Below are positions 26,315 through 35,806 of a stretch of 38,460 nucleotides of DNA, piece by piece. Numbering within the stretch: position 1 is the stretch's first letter; every line of letters starts with the position of its first letter. Source of the DNA: Thermoflexus sp. (GTDB taxonomy: Bacteria; Chloroflexota; Anaerolineae; Thermoflexales; Thermoflexaceae); NCBI GenBank assembly GCA_017743605.1, contig JAGHYO010000001.1, positions 1-38,460 of the forward strand, given 5' to 3'. Under the pieces are notes generated by a model, which was not told where the DNA came from, did no database searches, and saw nothing but the letters and a program-made list of their open reading frames with translations. Both the position numbers and the translations under genes were made by a program.

Positions 26315-26842
26315 TCACCGGGATCGGTTCCCCCGGCGGATCTTCTCGTGAAGCCGCACAATGCCGTCGATCAGGCCCTCCGGGCGCGGAGGACAGCCGG
26401 AGACGTAGACGTCCACCGGGATGATCTCATCTACTCCCTGGACGATGGCGTAGTTGTTGAAGACCCCGCCGGTGGAGGCGCAGTCCCCCATGGCGATCAC
26501 CCATTTGGGCTCGGTCATCTGATCGTAAAGCCGTCGGACCACGGGGGCCATCTTTCGGCTCACCCGCCCGGCCACGATCATCAGGTCCGCTTGACGGGGG
26601 GAGGCCCGCATGATCTCCATCCCGAAACGGGAGAGGTCGTAATGGCTGGCCTGGGTAGCCATCATCTCGATGGCGCAGCAGGCCAGGCCGAAGAGCAGCG
26701 GCCACATCGCCCGGGTGCGCGCCCAGGAGGACACCCACTCCAGGGCTTCCTCCAGGGTCGTCAGGGCTACCCCGATCTCCCCGCTCTTCTGACCCGGAGC
26801 CGAAGCACCGTATGCCTTTAGGGGCTCGCTCACCGCTCCCAT
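26315..26842 (-). CDS. nuoB: NADH-quinone oxidoreductase subunit B
   Basis: [25 protein letters not shown]. The start is ATG 26842 or GTG 26833. Confidence 0.97.
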   Translation of the reverse strand: MGAVSEPLKAYGASAPGQKSGEIGVALTTLEEALEWVSSWARTRAMWPLLFGLACCAIEMMATQASHYDLSRFGMEIMRASPRQADLMIVAGRVSRKMAPVVRRLYDQMTEPKWVIAMGDCASTGGVFNNYAIVQGVDEIIPVDVYVSGCPPRPEGLIDGIVRLHEKIRRGNRSR

Positions 26843-27201
26843 TCGAAAGCTCCTTTCCGCCAGGCGTAGACATACCCGATCAGCAGGATCAAGACGAAGA
26901 TCCCCATCTCCACGAGGGCTATGGTCCGCAACGCTCGCACCTGTAGAGCCCATGGGTAGAAGAAGATGAGCTCAATGTCGAAGAGAATAAAGAGCAGCGC
27001 AATGAGATAAAACTTGACCGGGAAGCGGCGCTGGGCCGGCCCGATCGGGAGCATACCGGACTCATAGGGGAGGTGCTTGCGGGGGCTGGGCCGCTTGGGG
27101 GCCAGCAGGGCCGGCACCAGCATGGCCACCGCCCCGATCCCCAACCCAATCAGGAGCAACATCCCGATGGGCACATACTCCAGCGGCGTTCCCGTCGACA
27201 T
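26830..27201 (-). CDS. nuoA: NADH-quinone oxidoreductase subunit A
   Basis: [27 protein letters not shown]; ATG at 27201 after GGAGGGGG. Confidence 0.96.
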   Translation of the reverse strand: MSTGTPLEYVPIGMLLLIGLGIGAVAMLVPALLAPKRPSPRKHLPYESGMLPIGPAQRRFPVKFYLIALLFILFDIELIFFYPWALQVRALRTIALVEMGIFVLILLIGYVYAWRKGAFEWER

Positions 27202-27229
27202 TGATGTCCCCCTCCGAAACCCTTTGTTC

Positions 27230-27257
27230 ATTTTACCACAAAGAGGGGGAGCGTCAA
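27230..27257 (-). promoter_or_regulatory. sigma70 promoter of the nuo operon
   Basis: TTGACG (27257-27252), 16 nt ending in TGg, then TAAAAT (27235-27230). Confidence 0.75.
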
Positions 27258-27339
27258 TCTTTGGTGCACAGTGGAACAAGAGGGATGCGGATGCCGCACG
27301 CCAGGCATCGGCGGCTCTGAATTTGAGGAAGCTCTTCAT

Positions 27340-27930
27340 CCAAAAACCGTCCGCCGCGCCGATCTAAGCAAACGCTTAGAGAAGGTCTATGTTCACTGGA
27401 GCCCGCCAGAGGAGGGCCAGGTGGCTGCCTTCATGCATGACCTAGGCGATCGGGCCCGCGGTCAGTAGATACCCAATCGGGTGCGCCCCTACCTCCCCGA
27501 GGCCGTTCGGCAAACCCTGGATCCACGCGGAGTGCAGCCCCTGGCTTCCATGCGATCCAGGGACAACGCGCAGCGGGCCCAGCAAGAAGGGGGACGGCAT
27601 CAGGCCGACGCCGTGGCTGGAGGCCATCCGCATCGACCAGGCGATCCGGTCCCGGAACCCCACTCGCATGCCCACCCGGTGAGGATGCCCGGCGCGGGCC
27701 AGCCGGTAGACGCCGAAAGCGGCCAGGACCGCCGCCGTCAGGCCGCGCAGAAGCGAGAGGGGCAGAACGGCCTGAAGCGCGAGGAGGAGCCGCGCGGCGA
27801 GCCCGACGGCCAGTAGGCGGCCCAAAGCGGTAGATCTTAGGGCCAGAGCGAACAGCCATCCCATGGCTGGGTCGAGGCCGTGGTAGGCCCCCGCAGGAAC
27901 ATCCTGCCCCACGGGATCCAATCCGCCATC
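27340..27930 (-). pseudogene. Decayed membrane protein of the family usually encoded downstream of SBP56 genes
   Basis: GAYHGLDPAMGWLFA and M..ASSHG.GLM.P motifs. The frame continues past several stops (IA*VMHE..LLWRAPVNIDLL*AFA*). Boundaries are approximate. Confidence 0.65.
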
Positions 27931-29220
27931 CCTACCCCTCAAGGATGGCACCGACGAGGCGTCTCCGCCTTCCAGCCGGACTGGATGCGGTCGGTCATCC
28001 CCAAACTCCACAAAGCACGCAGGATCCACCGCTAGCCTACCGTCGGGACCCGCGTCCAGCTTTGCCAGCCATCTGCGGATTCCCTCCGGGTAGAAGACCG
28101 GATCCCAGGGGATATACGAGGGGTTGGTCACGTAGACCCGGCGGCCGTCCCAGCGGATCCCCACCATCTGCGGGCCGCCGTTCAGCGGCCGCGCGGGATC
28201 CTTCGGGTGGGGGGCACGGCTCGCAATCCCGCCGAAGCGCACCGCCCCCCTCAGCTGCGGATGGAAAGGATCACAGGCGTCGTATTGTCGCAGCTCCCCT
28301 GTGCCCCAGCACGACACATACAGAAAGCGATCGTCCAGGGAGAGGTTGATATCGGTTACTAGAGGCGGAACAGCGCGGAAGTCCTTCAAGATGGGAGGGA
28401 GTTGATCAGGGTCCGCTGGCTCTGCCGGGATCTCGATGGCCTTGCGGACCGACCAGGCCCCGTTCTCGCGATACCACAGCCACGCAGAGGCGGAGAGGTC
28501 CTTCAAGGAGAGGATCACCCTGGCGAACCCGCAGGCCCTCGTCGGGTCGTGGGCTGGTCGGAGCTCCAGGACCATCTGGTGCTCCGAGCTTAGGTCCAGG
28601 CTCTGAGCGTGACGGCGGCGCCGGAGGTCCCAGAGGCGCAGGCGATGGCCGTAGCGGCCGTTCAGCAAGGCCTCCACATCCACCCCCTGCTCCACCATGC
28701 GGGGCATGCCCCACTCGCTGGTGACCATCACGTTGTAGCCCAGATGCCACCAGAAGTCATAGGCCAGGAACTGCGGCCCCCGATCCACATCCCAGCGCCC
28801 CAGCACCTCAAACGTGTAATGGTCGATCACAAAGATCCCGCCAGGCCCGCCCCCCTCCGGGTTCCCCAGGTCGCTGATGTAGATCCTATCCGGCCTGCAA
28901 CGAACTGTGTGAGGCCGCGCGTAGCCCGTCCGGGAGGAAACCGCCTCCGGCTCAATCACCCGCGCCCGACGAAGGTTCCGGGGATCCGGATGGGTGTCCA
29001 CCACATAAATTCGGGACGAGCGCAACCCGGGGAGGATCGGGTAGCGACGCTGGACGTGGGGATGGGGCGCGTAGAGGCAGAGGGCCGAGCCGCAGGCGTT
29101 CCAAACGAAATGGTGCAGCTCATCGCCGGCCTAAGACAGCTCCGCCCGCCCGACCATCTACCCGTAGGCGGGGGAACGGGGATCCGCAGCCGAGGCGTCG
29201 GGCCGTCTGTCCGGGTTCAC
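27931..29220 (-). pseudogene. Selenium-binding protein SBP56 / methanethiol-oxidase-like pseudogene
   Basis: GDELHHF.WNAC, LRSSRIY, YDFWWH, TSEWG, LELRPAHDP, TDI.LSLDDRFLYVSCW and GGPQM motifs. In-frame TAG codons at 29158-29160 and 29131-29133, a truncated N-terminus, and a lost stop (fused to the next gene). Confidence 0.85.
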
Positions 29221-29233
29221 CGCTCCTGAGGGG

Positions 29234-29734
29234 CTATGGATTCAGAGGGACTTCCCGAAGCCGACCGGTGCGCACATCGTAAATGAAGCCGCGGATCGCG
29301 TCTTTGTAGAGCAGGAACGGGCTGGCCTGAAGCCGCCGGATGGATTGCCGGACATCCTCCTCGAGATCAGCGAAGGCTTCGAAGGCGAAGGGCGGCCGGA
29401 TCCCGATCTCCGCCTGGATGCGATCCTTGAGCTCGTCGTCCCGGAAGGTCTGCATGCCGCAGTCCGTGTGATGGATGAGCATGATCTCCCGCGTGCCCAG
29501 CAGGCGCTGGGAGATCGTTAGGGAGCGGATCACATCCTCCGTGACCACTCCCCCTGCGTTACGGAGGATGTGCGCCTCCCCTTCGCGCAGGCCCAGGATC
29601 CGGTGCACGTCGATGCGCGCGTCCATGCAGGTCACAATGGCCAGCCGCCGGGAGGGGGCAGCGGGCAGGTGACCTTGGTCGAAGGAGGCCGCGTAGGCCT
29701 CGTTGCGGCGCAACAGCTCATCGATCTCGCTCAT
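29234..29734 (-). CDS. Beta-class carbonic anhydrase, clade D (Rv1284-like; possible COS hydrolase)
   Basis: Zn ligands CMDAR and HTDC, plus RNAGG and G.IYDV.TG; ATG at 29734. Confidence 0.92.
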   Translation of the reverse strand: MSEIDELLRRNEAYAASFDQGHLPAAPSRRLAIVTCMDARIDVHRILGLREGEAHILRNAGGVVTEDVIRSLTISQRLLGTREIMLIHHTDCGMQTFRDDELKDRIQAEIGIRPPFAFEAFADLEEDVRQSIRRLQASPFLLYKDAIRGFIYDVRTGRLREVPLNP

Positions 29735-29878
29735 CCTACACCCTCTCTCAATTTTCCTCTGGAGAAGGCCACACCGCACGCAACGGGCTTCGCTCCGGGC
29801 TGGCATCCGGACGGTCCGCTGAGCGGTATGCCCCACCGATGAAACAGCGATAGATGGCGCGGGGTTGCCCAGGGTCCA

Positions 29879-30127
29879 TCAAAATTCAGAGAACACTCCA
29901 AGCAGGATGCGGGCTTCTTTGCCCTCCCGCTGCACTTCTAAGACTGAGTATCCGTTCCGCTTCGCCCATGCGGTGACGGTGAACTCATCGGCGTAGCCTT
30001 TCACCCAAACCGCCACCGCTTCCTCCGACCTTAGGCCGGCCAGGGCCTGCTGAACCCGCCCGATGGGAGAGTCTGTGCACAGCTCCACCCCGGCCCGCAG
30101 ATCCACCGTCCGTACCACCCGAACCAT
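29879..30127 (-). CDS. TusA/SirA-like small sulfur-carrier protein
   Basis: 82 aa with a GGAGG RBS. Pattern VDLR...C..P....AL..L...E...V........V.AW....G. It has CTDSP in place of CPxP. Confidence 0.65.
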   Translation of the reverse strand: MVRVVRTVDLRAGVELCTDSPIGRVQQALAGLRSEEAVAVWVKGYADEFTVTAWAKRNGYSVLEVQREGKEARILLGVFSEF

Positions 30128-30200
30128 GTCCAACCTCCCACTGCAAAGGAGGGCATGGGCCGGACGGGATCCCGCTGCTCCCGCCCGGCCCTCCTGCCGC

Positions 30201-31046
30201 TCAGCGCTCAATGGGGAGCCCCACCGCGTTGCCCCACTCGGACCACGAGCCGTCGTAGTTGCGGACGTTGGGATAGCCCAGCAGATGGCGCAACACGAAC
30301 CAGGTTACCGAGGAGCGCTCCCCGATGCGGCAGTAAGTGATGACCTCCTTGTCCGGCGTGACACCCGCCTCCTCGTAGATCCGTCGCAGGGCCTCAGGGT
30401 CCTTGAAGGTGTCGTCGTCGTTGAGGGCCTTCGACCAAGGGATGTTCACCGCGCCGGGGATGTGGCCGCCCCGCTGGGCCGCCTCCGTGGGATACTCCGG
30501 GGGGGCGGTGATCTCCCCTGTGAACTCCGCCGGCGAGCGCACGTCCACCAGGGCCGCCCCGCGCTTGCCCAGCAGGTTCAGGACATAGGGGAGATGCGCT
30601 CGAAGCCGCGCGTCCGGCTCCTGGGCCCGGTAAACCGCCGGCGGATACGAGGGGACCTCCTCGGTCAGCGGCCGCTTCTCCTCGATCCACTTCTTGCGGC
30701 CACCGTTCAGCAGCCGCACGTCCGCGTGGCCGTAATACTTGTAGATCCAGAAGGCGAAGGCCGCGAACCAGTTGCGGAAGTCCCCGTAAAGCACCACCGT
30801 GGTGTCGTTGGAGATGCCGGCGCGGCGGTTAAGGGCCTCGAAGGCCTCCTGGCTCACGATGTCCCGCCGCACCGGATCGTTAAGGTCCTTGCGCCAATCG
30901 AAGAGCACTGCGCCCGGGATGTGGCCCAGATGATAGGCGCTGGCCGGGTCGTAATCCACCTCCACGATGCGCACCTTCGGGTCCTGAAGGTGCTGGGCCA
31001 CCCACTCGGCTTCCACCAACGCCTGCGGATCCGCATACGTTGCCAT
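30201..31046 (-). CDS. Tandem-domain rhodanese / thiosulfate sulfurtransferase (SseA/CysA type)
   Basis: GHIPGA twice, LLNGG, DVRS..EF.G, active site YCRIGERS and YDGSWSEWG. Confidence 0.95.
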   Translation of the reverse strand: MATYADPQALVEAEWVAQHLQDPKVRIVEVDYDPASAYHLGHIPGAVLFDWRKDLNDPVRRDIVSQEAFEALNRRAGISNDTTVVLYGDFRNWFAAFAFWIYKYYGHADVRLLNGGRKKWIEEKRPLTEEVPSYPPAVYRAQEPDARLRAHLPYVLNLLGKRGAALVDVRSPAEFTGEITAPPEYPTEAAQRGGHIPGAVNIPWSKALNDDDTFKDPEALRRIYEEAGVTPDKEVITYCRIGERSSVTWFVLRHLLGYPNVRNYDGSWSEWGNAVGLPIER

Positions 31047-31324
31047 GGCAGGTTCCTCCCGTGGATCAGAATGTGGAATTCAAGAAGATGGCCATCCTCT
31101 CTCCCTCCCCCGAAGGGGATCCAGGGCCTCTGTGAGGAAGACGATGCCTTTACCACGGACGATCCTCGGACTCCCCTCCGATCCCCTCCTCAGCTTGCCC
31201 TTGCTGGATTTAGAACACCCGCTAGCGACGACAAGGACAGGGCCTGTGGCGGGAGGGAGATTGGGTTGATCGGAAGCGGGGAAGCGGAGGCAGAGGGGGG
31301 TCGGTTCCACTCAGCGGGGCGCGC

Positions 31325-31363
31325 GTCCCAAGCGGGCGGCCCCCTTCTGCCCCCGCTTGGGAC
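31325..31363. other. Perfect 12-bp inverted repeat
   Basis: GTCCCAAGCGGG-N15-CCCGCTTGGGAC. Confidence 0.8.
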
Positions 31364-31498
31364 AGATACAGGTATTCATCGAGGAGATGAGATCCACCCG
31401 CTGCGCGATCCGCAGCCGCAGAGCGCCCCTCGCGCCAGCCGGTGGGTGCAGCGTCCCGATCCGCATCGGTGGTCCAGGCCTTCCGGAGTTTGGCTCCA

Positions 31499-31527
31499 TG
31501 TGTAGCACGGGCCGGATTTTCTGTCAA
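31499..31527 (-). promoter_or_regulatory. Putative sigma70 promoter pointing toward the sulfur operon
   Basis: TTGACA (31527-31522), 17 nt ending in TGc, then TACACA. The -10 is imperfect. Confidence 0.4.
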
Positions 31528-31670
31528 GCGGCTTGATCGAAGAGGACGCGGCAGGCAGGTCCAACCCGGGGTTGGACTGGGAGGGCATCTGCAAATCTCC
31601 GGCGTTCTCCCTGGAAGCCCTCCGGGTCCCTTGGATTATCATAGAGGAGCGCCCGTGTTTGGAGGAGGCT

Positions 31671-32210
31671 ATGGATCTCAAAGAACAGACAGAGGAGTTC
31701 TTCCCCCATTATGCCCTGGCGCACAAGGAAAGCACATCCCGTCGGTCCGGCGAGGATTTGGGACGCCTGATGGATATGTCTCAATCCCATGGCCGCAGCC
31801 GTTTGCCGGACGTCGCGACAAGCCTTGGGCGCATCGTCTTCGCCCGGACCCCGTGTGTGAGGGTGGAAGCCGTGGTGGGCTCGGATCTTACCCCAGCGAT
31901 GGCTCGGGAGTTCTGGCCATGGGCTCCTTCCCTCTTTCGATCCCTCTTCGTGATCAATGACGCGGAGAAAGGACGGGCCCGGATTGAAGCCGCCCGCCTG
32001 CGGGTGCGCGCCTTGGAGGTCGTGGCAGAGCTCCTCCCCTGGGAGCGCGGATGGGCGCCGGTGCCCCCCGATGGCCTGGCCGCCTCCCAGGCCCGCGCCT
32101 TCGCCACCACCGGCGGCCCCGAAGCCAAGGAGCTCCTCTTCCGCTGCCCATCGCATCCCATGCCCCTGCATATTCCTGCAAGGAGTGAGAGCGGGTGCGC
32201 AGCTTGGTGA
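31671..32210 (+). pseudogene. Degenerate class I SAM-dependent methyltransferase (UbiE/YcgJ-like)
   Basis: ATG follows GGAGGAGG. F..YA......G.DL..L...DVATSLG (eroded DVATGxG) and VVG.DLT.AM are present, but the middle of the fold appears to be missing. Confidence 0.55.
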
Positions 32211-32902
32211 TCATCCCCACTTACAACGAACGGGAGAACATCGAGGCCCTCATCCGGGCCATCCTGAGCCTCCCTCTGGACCTGGACGTGCTCGTCGTGG
32301 ACGATCACTCCCCGGATGGGACAGGGGAGCTCGTGGACCGGATGGCTGCAGCGGATCCGCGGGTCCACATCATCCACCGGCCAGCCAAGCTGGGCTTGGG
32401 GACGGCCTATGTGGCGGGGTTCCGCTTCGGCCGGGCGCGGGGCTATGACCAGCTCCTCACCATGGACGCGGACTTCTCCCACGATCCGGCTCACTTGCTC
32501 GACCTCCTGGCCAGAAGCCAGGAGGCTGACCTGGTGATCGGATCCCGCTACGTCCCGGACGGGGAAGTGATCGACAGCCCCTGGTATCGCCGGCTGCTGA
32601 GTCGGGGAGCCAACGGGTTCGCCCGCCTCATGCTGGGGCTGACCGTCCACGACGCCACTGCCGGCTTCCGCTGCTACCGCCCTCAGGTCCTGGAGGCCAT
32701 CGCCCCGGAGACCATCCGCGCCGAGGGTTACGCTTTTCTCATTGAGATCACCTATCGGGCGCAGCGGGCCGGCTTTTGCATCGCTGAGGTGCCCATCCGC
32801 TTCCGGGACCGTCGCTACGGGCGGTCCAAGATCTCCCGGCGGGAGATCTGGCGGGCCCTAGGCACCGTCCTCCGGCTCGCCCGTGACCGGATGGCCGGAT
32901 GA
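32195..32902 (+). CDS. Polyprenol-monophosphomannose synthase (GT2, Dpm1/Ppm1-like)
   Basis: IIPTYNERENI, VDD.SPDGTG, KLGLGTAY, MDADFSH.P, GSRY and D.T.GFRCY. Confidence 0.92.
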   Translation: MRSLVIIPTYNERENIEALIRAILSLPLDLDVLVVDDHSPDGTGELVDRMAAADPRVHIIHRPAKLGLGTAYVAGFRFGRARGYDQLLTMDADFSHDPAHLLDLLARSQEADLVIGSRYVPDGEVIDSPWYRRLLSRGANGFARLMLGLTVHDATAGFRCYRPQVLEAIAPETIRAEGYAFLIEITYRAQRAGFCIAEVPIRFRDRRYGRSKISRREIWRALGTVLRLARDRMAG

Positions 32903-33822
32903 ACCCGGAGGCTTCGATGGAGTTCGTGGCCTGCAACCTCTGCGGCTCCTCCCGGGCCCGCCTGCGGTTCCCCAGCACCTTGTCCCGACGTCGGGATCGG
33001 AGACCCGACTTCCGTTGCACCAGCGACGGCTACGGCATCCATCCGCCCATCGTGCAATGTCTGGAGTGCGGACTGGTCTACACCAACCCCCGCTACGAGG
33101 CCTTAGAGATCACGGAAACCTACCGGGCGATGGAGGACCCGCTGTACGTCTTGGAGCGGGAGGGACGGGTGCTGACCTTCGAGCGGCACCTCCGGCCCAT
33201 CGAGCGGCTCCTTGGGCCCAGCCGAGGCCGGCGGCTCCTGGACGTGGGCTGCCACATCGGGGTGTTCCTGGAGATCGCCCAGGCCCACGGCTGGGAGGCC
33301 TGGGGGGTGGAGCCCTCCCGATGGGCCGTGGAGGTCGCTCGCTCCCGGGGGCTGCGGGTGGTGGAGGGCACCCTCCAGGAGGCTGCTTTCCCGGAGGCCT
33401 GGTTCGACGTGGTCACCATGTGGGACGTCATCGAGCACCTTAGCGATCCGATGGGGGAGCTGCGAGAGATCCATCGCGTCCTGAAGCCGGGGGGCTGGGT
33501 GGTGATCCACACCATGGACATCGAGAGCCCCTTCGCCCGGTTGCTGGGCCCGCGCTGGCCCTGGTTGATGGAGATGCACCTTTACTACTTCTCCCGACGC
33601 ACCCTGCGGCATATGCTGGAGCGAGCCGGGTTCCGCCTCCACCACGCTGCCGCCGAGGGCCGCTACCTACGCTTAGGCTACCTCGCCACCCGGGTCCGGG
33701 CCCTCTTCCCGACTCTGGGCACGCTGCTGAGCCGACTGGTCCAGGCCGCGCGGCTGGAACACATGTCGGTTTACATCAACCTGGGCGATCTCTTCACCGC
33801 GTATGCCCGCAAACCTGAATAA
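32899..33822 (+). CDS. Class I SAM-dependent methyltransferase with N-terminal Zn-ribbon (glycan-cluster type)
   Basis: CNLCG...C..CGLVY.NP, LLDVGC..G.F, GVEPS, FDVVTMWDVIEH and HLYYFS. Confidence 0.88.
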   Translation: MNPEASMEFVACNLCGSSRARLRFPSTLSRRRDRRPDFRCTSDGYGIHPPIVQCLECGLVYTNPRYEALEITETYRAMEDPLYVLEREGRVLTFERHLRPIERLLGPSRGRRLLDVGCHIGVFLEIAQAHGWEAWGVEPSRWAVEVARSRGLRVVEGTLQEAAFPEAWFDVVTMWDVIEHLSDPMGELREIHRVLKPGGWVVIHTMDIESPFARLLGPRWPWLMEMHLYYFSRRTLRHMLERAGFRLHHAAAEGRYLRLGYLATRVRALFPTLGTLLSRLVQAARLEHMSVYINLGDLFTAYARKPE

Positions 33823-33828
33823 CTCCCG

Positions 33829-33857
33829 TTGCCCTCGCTCGTCCACCCGCTTAGAAT
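33829..33857 (+). promoter_or_regulatory. sigma70 promoter of gcvH-PA-PB
   Basis: TTGCCC, 17 nt, then TAGAAT. Confidence 0.65.
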
Positions 33858-33891
33858 GAAGGCGGATGGATCCTCTGCGCCGGAGGTCAAA

Positions 33892-34281
33892 ATGAACATC
33901 CCGCCGGATCTGCGCTACACTGAATCCGACGAGTGGGTCCGCCTGGAAGGCGACGAGGTCCTTTGCGGCGTCACCGATTACGCCCAGAGCCAGCTGTCCG
34001 ACGTGGTCTACGTGGAGCTCCCCGAGGTCGGCCGCACGTTCCACAAGGGCGAGGTCTTCGGGACGATTGAATCCGTTAAGGCCGCTGCGGATCTTTACAT
34101 GCCGATGGGCGGGACCATCACCGCAGTGAACAAGGAGCTCGTCCAGAACCCGGAGTGGGTCAACCAGGATCCCTACGGGCGGGCCTGGCTGATCCGGTTC
34201 CGTCCCGGCGATCCGGCGGAATACGAGACGCTGATGGACGCGGAGGCCTACCGGGCCCACTGCGAGGCCCGCGCGCACTGA
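33892..34281 (+). CDS. gcvH: Glycine cleavage system H protein
   Basis: G.TDYAQ..L.DVVYVELP, lipoyl-Lys motif IESVKA, N.DPYG..W; ATG follows GGAGG. Confidence 0.96.
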   Translation: MNIPPDLRYTESDEWVRLEGDEVLCGVTDYAQSQLSDVVYVELPEVGRTFHKGEVFGTIESVKAAADLYMPMGGTITAVNKELVQNPEWVNQDPYGRAWLIRFRPGDPAEYETLMDAEAYRAHCEARAH

Positions 34282-34345
34282 GCCCATCTTCCTCCGCGCA
34301 GCCTCGGAGTTCCCCGCGCGGGACCATCGTGTTCCGGAGGTGCCC

Positions 34346-35806
34346 ATGCGGTTCATCCCGCACACTGAGGAAGAGCGTCAGCAGATGCTCCGGGCCGTCG
34401 GCGTGGAGCGCATCGAGGACCTCTTCGTGGATGTCCCGGAAGCCTATCGGTTCCCTCCGCTGAACCTCCCTCCTCCCTTAACCGAGCTGGAGGCCCGCTG
34501 GGAGCTGGAGGCCCTGGCGGAGGCCAACACCCACACCGGCCAGCATGCCTGCTTCTTAGGGGCCGGCGCTTACCGTCATTTCATCCCCGCCATGGTCGAC
34601 GATCTGCTCCGCCGAGGCGAGTTCTACACCGCCTACACTCCCTATCAGCCGGAGGTCAGCCAAGGCACCCTCCAAGCGATGTTCGAGTTCCAGTCGATGA
34701 TCTGCGCCCTCACCGGCATGGAGGTCGCCAACGCCAGCCATTACGATGGCTCCTCGGCGCTGGCGGAGGCGGTGCTGATGGCCCTGCGGCTGACCCGCGG
34801 CGAGCGGCCCCGGATCCTCCTCTTCCCCACCATCCATCCGGAATACCGGGCTGTGGTCCGCACCTACGTGCAGCACCTGGACGTCCGCCTGGAGGGGGAT
34901 GCGGGCTGGACCCGGGATCAGCTGCGGGAGCCCTTGGCCGTCCTGGAGGCGCTGGAGGCCCGCCTGGATGGGGAGACGGCGGCCCTGGTGATCCCTTATC
35001 CCGACTTCCTGGGCCGGGTGCTCCCGCCCGCCCGCCTCCGGGAGACCGCGGACCGTGTGCACCGGGCGGGGGCGCTGCTGATCGCGGTCATCAACCCCAT
35101 CGCCTTGGCCCTCCTTGAACCTCCAGGGTCCTGGGGGGCGGACATCGTGGTGGGCGAGGGGCAGCCCTTGGGGATCCCCCTGAGCTTTGGAGGGCCCTAT
35201 CTGGGTCTGATGGCCACTCGGATGGCCTTCGTGCGCCAGCTGCCGGGGCGCCTGGTGGGGGAGACGGTGGACCTAGAGGGCCGTCGGGGCTACGTGCTCA
35301 CCCTCTCCACGCGTGAGCAACACATCCGCCGGGAGAAGGCCACCAGCAACATCACCACCAACGTGGGCTTGATGGCCCTGGCGGCCGCGATCTATCTCTC
35401 GGCCCTGGGCCGGCGCGGCCTGCGCCAGGTGGCCGCCCTCTGCTACCACAAGGCCCATTACCTGGCCGGGCGCATCGCCGCCCTCCCCGGCTACGAGGTG
35501 TGGATGGAGCAGCCCTTCTTCCATGAGTTCGTGGTCCGAAGCCCTCGGCCGGTGGAGGAGGTCAACCGGATCCTCTATGAGGACTATCAGATCATCGGCG
35601 GCTACGACTTGGGCCGAGCCTACCCGGAGCTGGACGGCCATATGCTGCTGTGCGCCACTGAGATGAACACCCGGGAGGAGCTGGACGCCTTAGCGACGGC
35701 CCTAAGTGAGATCGGCGAGGCGATAGGTCGCCGCGAAAGCTTCTCCTACCGAACATCCATCTTTTGCGAGGAGGGGTTTGGCCCTGAACCTCCTGGTCCT
35801 CGATGA
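34346..35806 (+). CDS. gcvPA: Glycine dehydrogenase (decarboxylating) subunit 1
   Basis: FLGAGAY.H, TAYTPYQPEVSQG.LQ, GGPY.G, REQHIRREKATSNI. Confidence 0.96.
   Translation: MRFIPHTEEERQQMLRAVGVERIEDLFVDVPEAYRFPPLNLPPPLTELEARWELEALAEANTHTGQHACFLGAGAYRHFIPAMVDDLLRRGEFYTAYTPYQPEVSQGTLQAMFEFQSMICALTGMEVANASHYDGSSALAEAVLMALRLTRGERPRILLFPTIHPEYRAVVRTYVQHLDVRLEGDAGWTRDQLREPLAVLEALEARLDGETAALVIPYPDFLGRVLPPARLRETADRVHRAGALLIAVINPIALALLEPPGSWGADIVVGEGQPLGIPLSFGGPYLGLMATRMAFVRQLPGRLVGETVDLEGRRGYVLTLSTREQHIRREKATSNITTNVGLMALAAAIYLSALGRRGLRQVAALCYHKAHYLAGRIAALPGYEVWMEQPFFHEFVVRSPRPVEEVNRILYEDYQIIGGYDLGRAYPELDGHMLLCATEMNTREELDALATALSEIGEAIGRRESFSYRTSIFCEEGFGPEPPGPR

Noticed and set aside
29131-29160. Two in-frame TAG codons in a selenium-binding protein gene as possible recoding (Pyl/Sec)
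   Set aside because: Sec uses TGA. The gene also has deletions, a lost stop and motif substitutions, and TAG is a normal stop for other genes here, so decay explains it.
34307-34329. GAGTTCCCCGCGC resembles the 5' half of a type I-E CRISPR repeat
   Set aside because: It is a single partial copy with no spacer-repeat periodicity, and is likely chance in GC-rich DNA.
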